This document shows positions 46,234 through 59,195 of a stretch of 64,000 nucleotides of DNA, one piece after another. How positions within the stretch are numbered: the stretch's first letter is position 1; every line of letters starts with the position of its first letter. Location: positions 650,147-714,146 of the forward strand of contig KV454012.1 of the NCBI GenBank assembly GCA_001661245.1, read 5' to 3'. A program made the position numbers and the translations under genes. The stretch comes from Pachysolen tannophilus NRRL Y-2460. Taxonomy: Eukaryota. The notes under the pieces were generated by a model. That model ran no database searches. It saw only the letters and a program-made list of their open reading frames with translations, and was not told where the DNA came from.

Positions 46234-47379
46234 ATGCAAAGAAATCAAAATCATAATCAAAGTGAATTGAAACAACTTAGGAAAGATGGATTTCAGATTT
46301 TACAAAATTTAGAAGATGATTTTAGACACGATTTATCTCTACACTTGTATTCAACTTTCCTACTACACTTGAAAAATCCATTTTTCCCTGAGAGAAGATG
46401 GAGCGCATGGCCATTACCTTATAGTGAAGTTCCAGATCCTAAAAACACGTCGACATACATTGATATCAATGATGTTATGGGTACTGAGTACGAGAATCAA
46501 AGTGAATTTGCTGACACGGAGACAGAAGAGGCTAAGAAAGAAAATAATGATGGGACTTCAACTCCAACTCCAAATTCAACTCCAGCTCCAGAAAATCCTG
46601 CATCAGAAGGTTTAGATGAAATTGCCAAGTTGATACCTAGATCTCATAGAGTGTTTGAATTGGAAGAGAGATTATCAGATCTGAATAAAAATTTAAAAAT
46701 CGAATTGAATTCTATTTTCCAAAGTAAAATATATAATCAGATTTCGTCATTGAATAAGGGCAAGAAAACTGATGAAATTAAATATCAGGCTATTATTGAT
46801 CCAAATATAGAAATTCCGAATTTGCTTTATGAAAAAGTTAAAAACAGAATTAACTCTAAGATTGACTCTTTAGTGAAAATGAGGTTAACGTCAAGAACAA
46901 AGTTTAAACGTGATACAGATGTAATTGCACGTTTATACAATTGGCGAGATATATTAATGGATGAAGGGAACTTGGAAGCAGAAAAAAGATGTCGTAAATT
47001 GTTTACTAATATTAAGGTTTATAATACTAATTCTACTGTCACTGAAAATACTAGACCTATAGATACAGAAATTTTTTCAAATGAGGAAGATACTGAGGAT
47101 GAGTATTACACTGGCGAAGAAAGTGATGAGGGTACAAGCTCTGGAGAAGAAATCGAAGCTGGAAACGATCAAAACAATACAAATGATCAAAATAATAAAT
47201 CTCTTTTGGAAAAATTCGAAAGTAGAAAATCTGCTGCTCTATTGTTCGATCAATTTAAAGATAATATCTTACAAGAAAAGACCATCTTCAATGAGGAAAA
47301 ATCTAAAAAAATCCCAAACATTAACATTACTGAAAATTATATATTCAAGTTATCTAACAGAGATATGAATACTAAATAA
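46234..47379 (+). CDS. RRN9: RNA polymerase I UAF subunit Rrn9
   Basis: DLSLHLYSTFLL...WSAWPL Rrn9 domain. Near the RSN1/PPA2/PRP24/TMA23 block, as in S. cerevisiae. Confidence 0.8.
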   Translation: MQRNQNHNQSELKQLRKDGFQILQNLEDDFRHDLSLHLYSTFLLHLKNPFFPERRWSAWPLPYSEVPDPKNTSTYIDINDVMGTEYENQSEFADTETEEAKKENNDGTSTPTPNSTPAPENPASEGLDEIAKLIPRSHRVFELEERLSDLNKNLKIELNSIFQSKIYNQISSLNKGKKTDEIKYQAIIDPNIEIPNLLYEKVKNRINSKIDSLVKMRLTSRTKFKRDTDVIARLYNWRDILMDEGNLEAEKRCRKLFTNIKVYNTNSTVTENTRPIDTEIFSNEEDTEDEYYTGEESDEGTSSGEEIEAGNDQNNTNDQNNKSLLEKFESRKSAALLFDQFKDNILQEKTIFNEEKSKKIPNINITENYIFKLSNRDMNTK

Positions 47380-47732
47380 TTAAGAGTCGTGTGATAAATT
47401 TGTAATTTTTCACTTTGTATTTTTATTTAACTTTTCAGTTTATTTTTTATTTTTTAATTTTTTTTTTTTTTTTGGTTTTTTTCGTTTTTCTCTTTTTGCT
47501 TTATTTTTTTGATCAAAACAGTTAGTATATAATTCACAATCTCTATCTTGGGTTTAGCTTTTTATATTGTATGTATATGTGATCTTTATTGGTATTAGAT
47601 ATTTTAGTAGTAGTTTGTCAAAAAATTTTGAAAATTGTTTTCTCTGATTTATGTGTATAATAATAATAAGGCGTATATAAAATTTTTAAAAAAAAATAAA
47701 AAAAAGGTTAGTTGTTTGTTTTTTTTTTTTCG

Positions 47733-48668
47733 ATGTTGGATTTGGATAAGATAATAGACGATGTTAAAAAATGCAATCATGTCCCGGAGAATGATATATT
47801 AGAATTATGTCTCTTGGTACAAGAGATATTAATCGAAGAACCAAATATCCAATTAATAGATACACCGATCACGGTATGTGGGGACATCCACGGTCAATTA
47901 CACGACTTGCTTACTTTATTTTCAATTGCTAAATATCCACCAGAGACGAAATATTTATTTTTAGGAGATTTTGTCGATAGAGGTTTTTATTCGTTAGAAA
48001 CTTTTCTTCTATTATTATGTTATAAGATACGATACCCAGATAGAGTTTTCTTGATTCGTGGGAATCACGAATCAAGACAAATTACAACTGTATATGGATT
48101 TTATGATGAATGTTTAAGAAAATATGGATCTGCAAATGTATGGCGATATTGTTGTGAAGTATTTGATTATCTTGCCTTAGGGGCATATATCACTAATGGC
48201 TCTTCAGGAGGTGATGGCGGTGTCTTTTGTGTTCATGGAGGCTTAAGCCCGGATATAACTTCAATAGATCAAATAAAATATATAGATAGAAAACAAGAAG
48301 TGCCCCATGAAGGTTCGATGTGCGATTTACTTTGGTCCGATCCTGAAGAAAATATCCCTCTGTGGGCAGTCTCACCAAGAGGCGCTGGTTTTTTATTTGG
48401 ACAAAACGAAACAGAAAGATTTTGTTATAAAAATAATTTAAACTTAATTGCACGCGCACATCAATTAGTTATGGAAGGTTATAAAGAAGTTTTTGATGGA
48501 AGCTTGGTTACAGTTTGGTCCGCACCAAACTATTGCTACCGTTGCGGTAATATTGCAGCTTGTCTCACTATAGATGACGATTATAACAGAACTTACCAAG
48601 TATTTGAAAGCGATGACTCCTCTATGGTGGTGCAGTCCAAAATATTACCAAACGATTATTTTTTATAG
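47733..48668 (+). CDS. PPH3: PP4 catalytic subunit
   Basis: PPP motifs, [23 protein letters not shown] and C-terminal DYFL. ATG at 47733. Confidence 0.85.
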   Translation: MLDLDKIIDDVKKCNHVPENDILELCLLVQEILIEEPNIQLIDTPITVCGDIHGQLHDLLTLFSIAKYPPETKYLFLGDFVDRGFYSLETFLLLLCYKIRYPDRVFLIRGNHESRQITTVYGFYDECLRKYGSANVWRYCCEVFDYLALGAYITNGSSGGDGGVFCVHGGLSPDITSIDQIKYIDRKQEVPHEGSMCDLLWSDPEENIPLWAVSPRGAGFLFGQNETERFCYKNNLNLIARAHQLVMEGYKEVFDGSLVTVWSAPNYCYRCGNIAACLTIDDDYNRTYQVFESDDSSMVVQSKILPNDYFL

Positions 48669-48669
48669 C

Positions 48670-48700
<31 letters not shown>

Positions 48701-49504
48701 TAAATATAAATATAATTTTAAAATATAAAGTTTAGTTTACTTTAGTTTAGTTTAAAAGTATTACGTAATGCATACGTTTTAATCAGTATTTTTAATTTTT
48801 AATGACACAACAACAAACTTTTAAAAGCAAGCAAACATTGGGCATGACGTTAAAATGACACGTACCATATTGTACTATGGTTACCATGTCCGCAAATGAT
48901 ATACTATTTAAATTTTTTGCTCATAGATACGTACGTAGATACTAATCATCCATCAAATCCTACTTCTGATGTCATCAATTTCAAATTTTTTTTTACAAAA
49001 ACAATATTTAAAAACTATAGTTAGAAACTATAGTTTAAGCTTTTACTCACTCTTCTTAAACTTCTATTATTTTAAGATCTTTAAATCTTGTTTTTCTCTT
49101 TGCAGATTTGCCCTTTTTTTTGGCTGAAAGTTTATTTTCTTTTCATTTTCATTTCCATTTTCAGGGGAAAAAAAAAAAAAATAAACTAAAAAGTTTACGT
49201 AGTTTAAAAAAAGCATAGAAAAACAAAACAGTTTCATATTTATCATTTATATTAAATTAAACTACTTCAAATTGTTTCTTTAACGATATAGTTGATATTA
49301 TTATATTTTTTTTTTTTTTTATTTTTTTTTGTTTTTTTTTTTGCTCTCTCTCTGGTTTTCTTTTTATTTATTTTTTTTTTTTTTTTGTTTTATTTTTCTT
49401 TTGATTACTTACGACTATCTTAAGGATTGTTTACTGTTTTGATCGATGATTCATTATTGATTGATTGATTTTTTTTTTTTTTTTTTTAGTTTGTTGATTA
49501 AAAA

Positions 49505-52273
49505 ATGACTGAAACAAGTACTTCATCAACCTCATCGGTTTTATCATCATTGGCATTGTATGGCGCTATATTTGGTGTTTTCTTGACTGGGTTCCTCTTG
49601 TTGAGAATTAAATTCAAGAGGATTTATCAACCAAAATCGTCGTTTGATTTGGTTGTTGCAGAAGAGAAACCAGAGCCTTTACCGCCAGGGTTGTTCTATT
49701 GGGTGATCAAGTTAATAAAAAAACCTGATTCTTTTATCATTCAACAAAGTGGTTTGGATGGATATTTTTTCATTCGATATATTGGACTTATTTCACTGAT
49801 TACTGGTGTAGGTTGTTTAATGTTGATTATTTTATTACCGGTTAACGCCACAAACGGTAATGGTGATTCTGGGTTTGATCAGTTGGCTATATCAAACGTA
49901 AAACATCCAAAGAGATTTTATGCACATGCATTACTTTCATGGTTTTATTATGGATTTCTAATCTATGTTATTTATAGAGAATTAGTTTTCTATAATTCCC
50001 TTAGATTAGCTGTTTTATCTTCTCCAAAATATGCAAAAAAACAATCGTCAAAAACGGTATTATTTCAAACTGTTAGTAGTCAATATTATAATATCAATGA
50101 ATTTTATAAATTGTTTGATGGTGTTAAACGTGTTTGGGCTGCTAAAGGACCGAAAGAATTGGCTGGAAAAGTTCTGATGAGAGATCAAATTGCTTATCAA
50201 TTAGAAAGGGCTATTACAAAAGTTCTTCGTAAAGCTGTTAAAGTACAGAAAAAGGCATCAAAGAAAGGAAGGTCAATTGAACCTGCAGATGATTTGGATG
50301 CTTATGTTCCTTATAAGAAAAGACCAACTTTCCGTAAGACAATACCAATATTTGGTAAAAAATTAAACACTATTGATTTTTGTAAAGAGAAATTACCTGA
50401 ATTAAACAAAGAAGTTGAAAATTTACAAAAAGATTATGCAGATGCAAGACCAATGAACTCTATATTTGTAGAGTTTGAAAGTCAATATGCTGCTCAATTA
50501 GCAGTTCAATCTTGTCCTTATCATGTTCCTTTCCATTTCTTGCCGCTGTATGTTGGTATTGAACCTGCTGATATTATTTGGCCAAATATGAGATTGTTTT
50601 GGTGGGAAAGATTAATAAGAAGTTCATTAGCCCTTGCTGCTGTACTTGCTCTTATTATCTTATGGGCATTCCCAGTTGCCTTTATCGGATTAGTTTCAAA
50701 TGTCCAATATTTAATTGAAAAACTTTCTTGGTTGGATTGGATCAATAACTTGCCATCTCAGTTATTAGGTATTATTACATCTATTTTCCCAACTGTTGTA
50801 TTGTCATTTTTCATGGGATTATTACCTCCATTTATGAGATTGATGGCAAAAATTGCTGGTGCTCCTTCAGTCCAAGATGTTGAATATAAGACTCAACAAA
50901 GTTATTTCATCTTCCAAGCAATACAGGTTTTCTTAGTTACTGCTCTTGCATCTTCTGCAACGTCGGCAGTTGAGGAAATCATTGATAAACCTTCAAATGC
51001 AATGAAGTTATTAGCATCAGATTTACCTAAATCTTCAAATTTTTATATTTCATATATCATATTACAAGGTTTAGCAGTATCTGCAGGTGCGTTGTTCCAA
51101 ATTGATACTCTATGTTTATTTTATATCTTGGGTCATATCTTGGATAATACCATTAGAAAAAAATATGAAAGATTTACGGGTATATCTATGTATGGTTGGG
51201 GTACAGTTTTTCCAATTTATACCAACTTGACTATTGTTATTTTAACATATTCAGTTATTTCTCCATTGATTTTACCATTTGCTACTGTTGGGTTTGCTTT
51301 GTTATATATTGCTTTCTTACATAATACCACATATGTTTTTGGACAAACTCCAGATGCAAGAGGTCAACATTACCCAAGGGCATTATTTCAAACATTTGTT
51401 GGTATTTATTTGGGAGAAGTTTGTTTATTAGGTATCTTTATTGTAGGAAAAGGATGGGGACCTATTGTCATTGAAGCAATTTTGATTTGCTTCACAGTTT
51501 ATTGTCATATCACAATTAATAATGCTTTTGATAGATTATTAAAAGTTGTCCCTGCAGATGTTATGAAACCTTTGGATGGATACTCAGAAACCCCATCATG
51601 TACTGCTGCTACTCCAGAAATGAGAAATGCTCATTTAAAGGCGGAATTCAAAGCAACTGCTTCCCATCTGTTTGTTTCATCAACAGATTCATCCGAAGCT
51701 GGTGATTCAAGAAACTCACAGGAGTCACAGATGTTTAAGGAAGATAAGCAAGAACAAAACATAACAACTTTCAACTATGTTACGAACAAACAAGAGACAA
51801 ATCCAGAAGTTCCATTATTAGCGGATGGAGATGAATTCTTGATTCCTGATGCGATTATTAAGAAAAACCACTTTGTATCGAGATTCTTTGCTCCACATAT
51901 ATATTTATCCTATCATGTTGCCAAAAGAATGCTTCCAGCATCATATTATGAAGAGCCAGATGCTTTAGATCCTGAGACGGAGAAACATGCATATGATTAT
52001 CCTGATGTGACTGCACAGGCACCTGTCTTATGGATACCTAGAGATCCGATGGGATTTTCAACCAAATTTATAAAAGAGTTTAAAGATATTATTCATATTT
52101 CAGACGAAGGTGCTGATTTTGATGAAAAAGGCCGTATGAGATGGTTAGGAGATGCTCCTCCAGCGTATACTGAGGACAGTAATGGTGAAAGTGGTTCCTC
52201 GGATAGCGGAAAGGAATCCTATGGAAAGGAAGATACAGGAAAAGATGAATATGATTCAATGGAAAAGAAATGA
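49505..52273 (+). CDS. RSN1: OSCA/TMEM63-family calcium-permeable channel
   Basis: GLDGYFF.RY, LLPVNATNGN and YPRALFQTFVGIYL motifs. Directly upstream of PPA2, as RSN1 is in S. cerevisiae; PHM7-type paralogy is not excluded. Confidence 0.75.
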   Translation: MTETSTSSTSSVLSSLALYGAIFGVFLTGFLLLRIKFKRIYQPKSSFDLVVAEEKPEPLPPGLFYWVIKLIKKPDSFIIQQSGLDGYFFIRYIGLISLITGVGCLMLIILLPVNATNGNGDSGFDQLAISNVKHPKRFYAHALLSWFYYGFLIYVIYRELVFYNSLRLAVLSSPKYAKKQSSKTVLFQTVSSQYYNINEFYKLFDGVKRVWAAKGPKELAGKVLMRDQIAYQLERAITKVLRKAVKVQKKASKKGRSIEPADDLDAYVPYKKRPTFRKTIPIFGKKLNTIDFCKEKLPELNKEVENLQKDYADARPMNSIFVEFESQYAAQLAVQSCPYHVPFHFLPLYVGIEPADIIWPNMRLFWWERLIRSSLALAAVLALIILWAFPVAFIGLVSNVQYLIEKLSWLDWINNLPSQLLGIITSIFPTVVLSFFMGLLPPFMRLMAKIAGAPSVQDVEYKTQQSYFIFQAIQVFLVTALASSATSAVEEIIDKPSNAMKLLASDLPKSSNFYISYIILQGLAVSAGALFQIDTLCLFYILGHILDNTIRKKYERFTGISMYGWGTVFPIYTNLTIVILTYSVISPLILPFATVGFALLYIAFLHNTTYVFGQTPDARGQHYPRALFQTFVGIYLGEVCLLGIFIVGKGWGPIVIEAILICFTVYCHITINNAFDRLLKVVPADVMKPLDGYSETPSCTAATPEMRNAHLKAEFKATASHLFVSSTDSSEAGDSRNSQESQMFKEDKQEQNITTFNYVTNKQETNPEVPLLADGDEFLIPDAIIKKNHFVSRFFAPHIYLSYHVAKRMLPASYYEEPDALDPETEKHAYDYPDVTAQAPVLWIPRDPMGFSTKFIKEFKDIIHISDEGADFDEKGRMRWLGDAPPAYTEDSNGESGSSDSGKESYGKEDTGKDEYDSMEKK

Positions 52274-52661
52274 ATTTAGAAGGAAATGAATAAATAAATG
52301 AATAATTAAAGAACTAGAAGCATTCACCCCCAACCCACTCTTTTATATATTATTCTTGGTTTTTTGGTTTTTGTGTTTTGTTTTTGCTTTCTTGCTTTTT
52401 TACCTTTTTTTTTCTTTTTTTTTTTAGTTGTTGTTTTTGAGTTTTTGAGAAGAAATGATATCTGTGTTTTGTCGCATTATTAACTTCAATCGCTTTTTTA
52501 ATTTATTTGAAAAGACGTATAGACGGTTGAAATTTAAAGAATTTTATTGTATGTAGTATTAAATGTATGTGCATGTATGAAAAATGAAAAACTTGAAATA
52601 AAAAAAAAACATGATTTTGAATTAAGAACTTTTGTTTAAAACAATTTGAATTCTTGAGAGA

Positions 52662-53648
52662 ATGCATCAATTTTATAAAAAACTTGGTACTGATATTCTG
52701 AAGAAGATGTTTACCGCTCCAATTGCTAGGTTAGCATTAACTCAAGGACATTTATCAACTTCTTCTTCTTCTTCTTTGGCTTCAATTCTTAATAGTAGGA
52801 AATACACTTCAATTACTCAAGGCCGAAAATATACACCAGATTTTAAAAATTATTGTAAATTACCAAATGGAGAAGTTGTTTCATATTTCCATGACATTCC
52901 TTTAGAGTTCAACAAACAAGATGGTACTGTCAACATGGTTGTTGAGATTCCGAGATGGACAAATGCGAAATTTGAAATTAATACCAAGATTGAGGGAAAT
53001 CCAATTACACAAGATATTAAAAAGGGAAAAGTTAGATTTGTGAATAATATATTTCCACATCATGGGTATATGCACAACTACGGAGCCATACCACAAACTT
53101 GGGAAGACCCAACTGTTAAAAATTCCAGTTTAGATTTGTTTGGAGATGGTGATCCATTAGACGTTATTGAAATTGGATCTCAAATTTTAGAATTGGGCCA
53201 AGTGAAAAAAGTTAAGATATTAGGATCATTGGCATTGATAGATGACGGCGAATTAGACTGGAAGATTGTTGTTATCAATGTTGAAGACGAAGCATCAAAC
53301 AATTTAAATGATATCGAGGACGTATATAAGCAATTTCCTCAATTATTGGAAGAAACCAGAAGATGGTTTAAGCTTTATAAGTTACCAACTGGGAAACCAG
53401 AAAATACTTTTGCGTTCGACGGAGAATATAAGAGCAAACTAGAGACACTTGAAATTATTGAAGAGTGCCATCAAAGTTGGAAGAATTTAATCAATGGTAA
53501 AACTGATTCGAAAAAAATATCTACTAAAAACTCAACCATTGAAGGCTCAATTGGGTACACAAACTTCCAAACCCTAAGTTCCATAACAGAAGAGAACCTC
53601 CCAGACACAGAGATACCTTCAGAAGTAGACAAGATCTACTATTACTGA
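52662..53648 (+). CDS. PPA2: Mitochondrial inorganic pyrophosphatase
   Basis: NYGAIPQTWEDP, GDGDPLDV and DDGELDWK motifs; presequence-like N-terminus. The start may be 52707. Confidence 0.9.
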   Translation: MHQFYKKLGTDILKKMFTAPIARLALTQGHLSTSSSSSLASILNSRKYTSITQGRKYTPDFKNYCKLPNGEVVSYFHDIPLEFNKQDGTVNMVVEIPRWTNAKFEINTKIEGNPITQDIKKGKVRFVNNIFPHHGYMHNYGAIPQTWEDPTVKNSSLDLFGDGDPLDVIEIGSQILELGQVKKVKILGSLALIDDGELDWKIVVINVEDEASNNLNDIEDVYKQFPQLLEETRRWFKLYKLPTGKPENTFAFDGEYKSKLETLEIIEECHQSWKNLINGKTDSKKISTKNSTIEGSIGYTNFQTLSSITEENLPDTEIPSEVDKIYYY

Positions 53649-53773
53649 TCCAATAACCTGATTGTATTTGATCATTGGTCCAACAGTTGAACCATTTGTA
53701 TATAGAAACATCCACCCAATTTGTACTTCCTAATTGGGTAATCTCCGTTTCAGGAAATTTTTGTTTTTTCAAA

Positions 53774-53804
<31 letters not shown>

Positions 53805-54014
53805 AATTTTCTTTGAAATGTAAACATTTAAGAATCAAGTTCAAACGGCGGTTTGAAGACAAATCTATAAAATTAAATTATATAACATTTATTTAAATTA
53901 TAACTATAACACAATAAATCTTTTTTTTTTTCACCCTTTATTGGTTCATCGTTGTTGTTCTTGATTGATATTACAGTTTTGCTGGGGGTAATTGTAATTA
54001 ATTGAGATTTGACG

Positions 54015-57000
54015 ATGGGTGAATCTAGTGAATCTAGTGTTAATTTAGGATATGATGATGATGGAAAAGAGCTTTCTCCATTAGAGCCAGAAGCATCATG
54101 GTAAGTTTATATGTTTTTTGATCTTTTTCTTATTCTTTTTCTTTTTTGAAACTGATTAAAGTTCATGAAGATACTAATACTCTTTTTTTTTTATTTGTTT
54201 GGGTTAATAGGACAATCGACCATGCCATATTATTACTTCAGGAGACGAGCAACCCAACTATGCTTTCTGCAGTGGGTAAGTTTTTAGTTATGAATAAGCC
54301 TATTTTAAATCAATCGTTACCGTTTAAATTGTCAAAAGAATTTAAAGACGAAGAAATTATGAATTTGAAAGAATTGTCTTTAAGGGGTATTAAATATTCG
54401 AACGTGACTGAACAAAATAAGAAAGATGCGATTAAAATTGCAAGATTATTTAAATTGGACCCTTTTGAGACGTTGAGAATTGTTTTACAGACATCTCAAA
54501 AGATTCCAGGAAAGATAATAGTAGAAGAAGCGACGGTGAAACTTTCAGCTAAGAAGGAAAAATCACTTTTACCTATTGATAAATCAACTTCTTATGAAGA
54601 CGAAAGAATTCAACTTCTTTCAGAAAAAATATTAAGAGAAAGAAGATTAGTTTTACAATTGATGTCATTGTTAATCCAAAATCAACACAATAATCTATTT
54701 CCTCAAACTGTGCGTTCAATAGGGTATGAAATTACAACAAATCCAAGCTTAATGGGAAATAGTATTGAAAGTTATGAAATATTAGTAGATTTTATAATGG
54801 AACAAAGCTATTTAACCAATGCTTCAAAACAATTGAATGATTTGAATATTAAAGAACATTATTTATTATTGATCGATTCGGCTAAGCTTCTAATAAATTT
54901 GATTTTAAATAAAACTCTTGAAAAAAAATTGCTGTTAAAATGGTTTCAAATCATGGCAAAGATAAATTTCATGTCAACTATGTCTAAAAAAATTCCACAA
55001 GATACATTGATAATAATAGAAGCTTTACTGACTATAATAACAGTGTTAGTACTCGATTTAGATAATGAGAAAACTGATTTGGAAGATGATGTATCTTTCA
55101 TCAATGACCCTAATATTTTCAATGAAATCAATACTATCCTTTCAAAGGCACCAACAAATCCAATAGTTTTGTATGCATGGAGTATTATACTTTATAGAAA
55201 ATCTTTGACAATTGAAGAATTTCCATCAAGCCTGCTGGTTAAGAATTTTGTCTCGCATTCTAAAAACTACTTGTCAAATTTAAAGCTTATTTTTAATACT
55301 TTTCTCACCAGGGCAAACGAATTGGATGTTTGTAATTCATTAATTAAGTGTTATAATATTTTAAAATTTGATCAATTATATACATTGATATTAGGTTCAT
55401 ATGTTTTATCCATGTTGCCATATGTTGTATTAACTCCAAAAATTGCTACTCTTATAGAAACTATCATAAGTGGGGCACCAAAGCATATTATCGAGAGATT
55501 TTTCAAAGATAAAGACACAAAATCGTTAATTTTAGTATTAAAATCAAAAATCCCATTGTCGTTTTTATCATATATCCCATTCTGTAATATCAACGGATAT
55601 TTTGCATTTAAAGATTTGTCATCACTAAAATCTTATATGGTGTCTTTTAATGAAGAACAATTAATTAATAAATATGTGTTTGATGAATCAAATCCAGAAT
55701 TTATTACACTCACTGAAAACATTGATGTTTTACCCCCTTATGAATCATCAGGAGAATTATCATTACTTTTGAAGCCAGGAACAAGAGGAAAATTTATATC
55801 TATTTCGAGTGAAAAAGAACAATTCGTGTCTTTCATATATGAATATAATGGTTTGTCCTTAATTGGTAGAATATTACAAAATATTTGCAAAAATTTTGAT
55901 GTTGAAAATGAAGAAAAAACTTCACTAGCAGTCTATATTTTGAACTTACTATCAAATATATTTCTGGTATGTTCTAAGAGTGATCAAGAAGAAGCTTTAA
56001 GAGTTACGAGTGCCTTTGTTGATGGCAATGACATTATCAAAGTCGTTTGTGATATATATAGTAGAGCTTTGATTGAGAGACACATCAAAATATTGGTTGC
56101 TGGAAATAAGTTGTTTAATTCCTTAACTCGAAATTTTTCTGAAAAAGTCTGGACTTCTTTAAAAACTTCTGTCCTTTTAGAAAATAAATCCAGAGGAGAG
56201 TATTATGCAATAATTTTAGGATCGGTAGAAATGGTGCATGGTAATTATGATTTTACTATATCGTTACTTGAATTAATTGATAACTTGATAAACAGCTGCT
56301 TTTCTATTACTGAAAAATATATAATGACTGAAAGACAAGAAATTTTGAAGAAGTTTACAATCTTTTTGATCCAGATTTTTGAAGGCTTTATTTCTTGGAG
56401 ATATAATCACAAATATCAGAAAATGCAAATAGGTACTCTTGTCAGTGATTTGTTTTCCAATATATTAGTTTCATTCTATGGTATGGGCAAACCCGAACTG
56501 AAATCTGAACAAAGAGTAAAAACAACCAAAGTGCTAGAAGGATCCGCCTCAAAAATTATTGATGCATTTTTGATTTCGAATTCTAATGATGTTAGATCAA
56601 ATAAACCAATAATTTCAATGATTGAGTCACTATCAGTTGCTTTGTCGACTTTTCTGACAAGTGATTATACATCAATGTGGTACAAAAACTGGATAAAAAG
56701 CTCATTTAACCTTTCTACTTTGTTGATTTCTGCTAGGTCTATGTTAGGTTTAAAACCATCCACTTTTGAGAGATCCATATTTAGCAAATCATCGACATTA
56801 ATTTCTGTTTATGCTCAATTCGTACAATTAAGGATTAACATTATTAATTTATTAACTAGTTTAGTTAGTGCCAAATGGCCAAACGAGCCTCCTTCATTAT
56901 TAGCGCATTTGGGCGATTATTACTCAAATGTGTTATTACGGTCATTAGCAACAGATTTAAATAATACATTCGATGACTATGAAATCAAAATTAGAATTTA

Positions 57001-59077
57001 CGATTTTTTCTCTGCTGTTATGGAAGGAAACCAAGAAGGCTTATCAATAATGTTCATAACGGGGCGTGATATTCGTGAATCAATATTACACGAATCACCA
57101 GTCACTGATGGTAAACTGTTATCAATACTAAACATTTTGAAAAAAAATGTTTCAAGTATTTATAAGTTTCCGGATTATGTGAGTATACATCTTGTTGTTG
57201 CCATTTCACTTGCTTTCAATTCCTGGACTACAGCTAAGGAAGGAGGAAACGATAAAGAATTTATCAACGAGTTGATCAAAAGGATACAAAGGAGACCTCA
57301 GTTCAAAACATTGAAACCTTATACGTCAGAAGACTACGTTAATATCTCGTATGAATATAAACTTATTTCCAAGATAGCAGAAATTCTAGCCTTATATTTA
57401 TTTGTTTCCAAAGACGAAGAGTGCAGTAAAAATATTGAAAATTTGTTAACAGATGAGAAATTTATGAAAAGTATCGAAAGTATTTTTAAGATTACAGGGT
57501 ACAAGCCTTCATTACATAGTGATTTACGCAATGCCTTCAAAAGAAAATGGCCCGAGTTCAAATTACTGGGATTTATCAGGTCACCCTTGGTTAAAACCAA
57601 AACGTACGGTGTTGATTCGATTTATGATTTAGCAATCATGGACAAAGTTTTTAAAGATGAAAGTGATTGGGAAGGGTATAAAGAAGATATTTTCTCATCA
57701 AGTATCAACTTGAAATATGTTGAGAGTCAAATTGCTGCAGCTAAATCTTTAGGTGCTTTGTTGACATCATATTGTAACAAGGTGAAAACCCCTTTGAATC
57801 CAATATATTTGAAATTAGTTTCAAAATTGTTGGAATTGAATAATGAAGAAAGTATTACAGCTCCTGTTTTCAAAGATATTTATCGTGAACGCATTGAATT
57901 GTCATTTTTCATAATATATACAGTTTTAAAAAATAACGGAGAAATCAATGATGATCCGACACTGTATGAAATCATTGAGAATTGTTCAAATACTTTGGTC
58001 TCCAATGATTTGGACTTAATAACAGGGTTGTCAGATGTAAATATTTTCTACTATAGACCGTTGTTACGAACTTTATTAACGGCATTAAAAATGGCTAAAA
58101 ATGATGAGCATTTACTAGAAGAACATTCGGAAACTTTTGTAAGTCTATTTAATTTGGTTATTTCCAAAAGTTCGAGGTTTCTATTTTCTTCCATTCAGAA
58201 CGAAGCATTGTCAAGTAATCAAAAAGAATTTGCAGATTCAAAAATTATTAATCAAAGATTAGAAGATGTTTTTTTAATTTTGTCGATTTTGAAAGTAATG
58301 ACCAGGCTAAAATTTTCAAAAGCTGTACATTTGAAATTTGCATCAAGTCTTGTTGAAAATGGAAGCATAAAAACAATCTTCAACTTATATTCATGCTCTC
58401 ATATAATCAAAATAAATAATGAACCGGTTTTTGCTGAATTGACATTATCGTTTATATACGAGCTTGTTTCTATTCGGCCTATTGCTGAAAGACTAATTTC
58501 CAATGGGTTGTTTTCTATTTTGGTCGAAAGTCCAATATCTATTATTATTCAAAAAGGTGGAATTAGGCCAAGTGCGTCATTGACTTACCATAGGATATGG
58601 AACAATGGTCTTTTGTCAATTTTGCTAACGTTATTGAGCACATTTGGAGAAAGAGTCCTTCCAGAAATAGTTATGTTTTTGATTTATTTTTCAAATCAAT
58701 TGACTACAAGCATTAACGCTTGGTTCCAGGATTCAATTATCATTAGCAGTGCAGTTATTCAGGAAACCAATCAATTCGTTTTGTTGTATAAGGTTTTGCA
58801 AGCTTTGAACGTTGAAAACTATCTTCTGAGTTCTAATACGAATACAGGTGCGGTAGGAGCAAGTGAAATCCAATTTATACCAGGACTAGATACAAAGGAG
58901 CAAAGACAGGAATTAGTTAATGTTTTTAACTATTTGCTCTCGCATCCAAAGTTTTTATCAATGAGGGTTAGTCCAATTACTCCAGAAGAAGAAATATCTT
59001 ATGAAAGAGATAATAAGAAGTTTATTGAAAATATTGTAAGCGACATTCGTGAATTGAGAGATTCACTAATATATTAG
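54015..59077 (+). CDS. NUP188: Nucleoporin Nup188; exons 54015-54100 and 54211-59077
   Basis: Intron 54101-54210 (GTAAGT...TACTAAT...TAG) gives ...EASW-TIDHA in frame. PSLLAHLG, FFSAVMEGNQEGL and HRIWNNGLL motifs. Near MDM1, as in S. cerevisiae. Confidence 0.88.
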
Positions 59078-59195
59078 TTTTAAAAAGGGCTGCTTCGAAA
59101 TTTAGAAATTTATTGTTTACAGAATGAAGTAATAATTTATATTAAATAGTGTAATGATACAAAAATAAATTCATTTGGACAGATTTTAGCAAACA

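Noticed and set aside
42381..48668. Two PPP phosphatases within 4 kb as a tandem duplication
   Set aside because: They belong to different ancient subfamilies (PP5 and PP4), so the proximity is likely coincidental.
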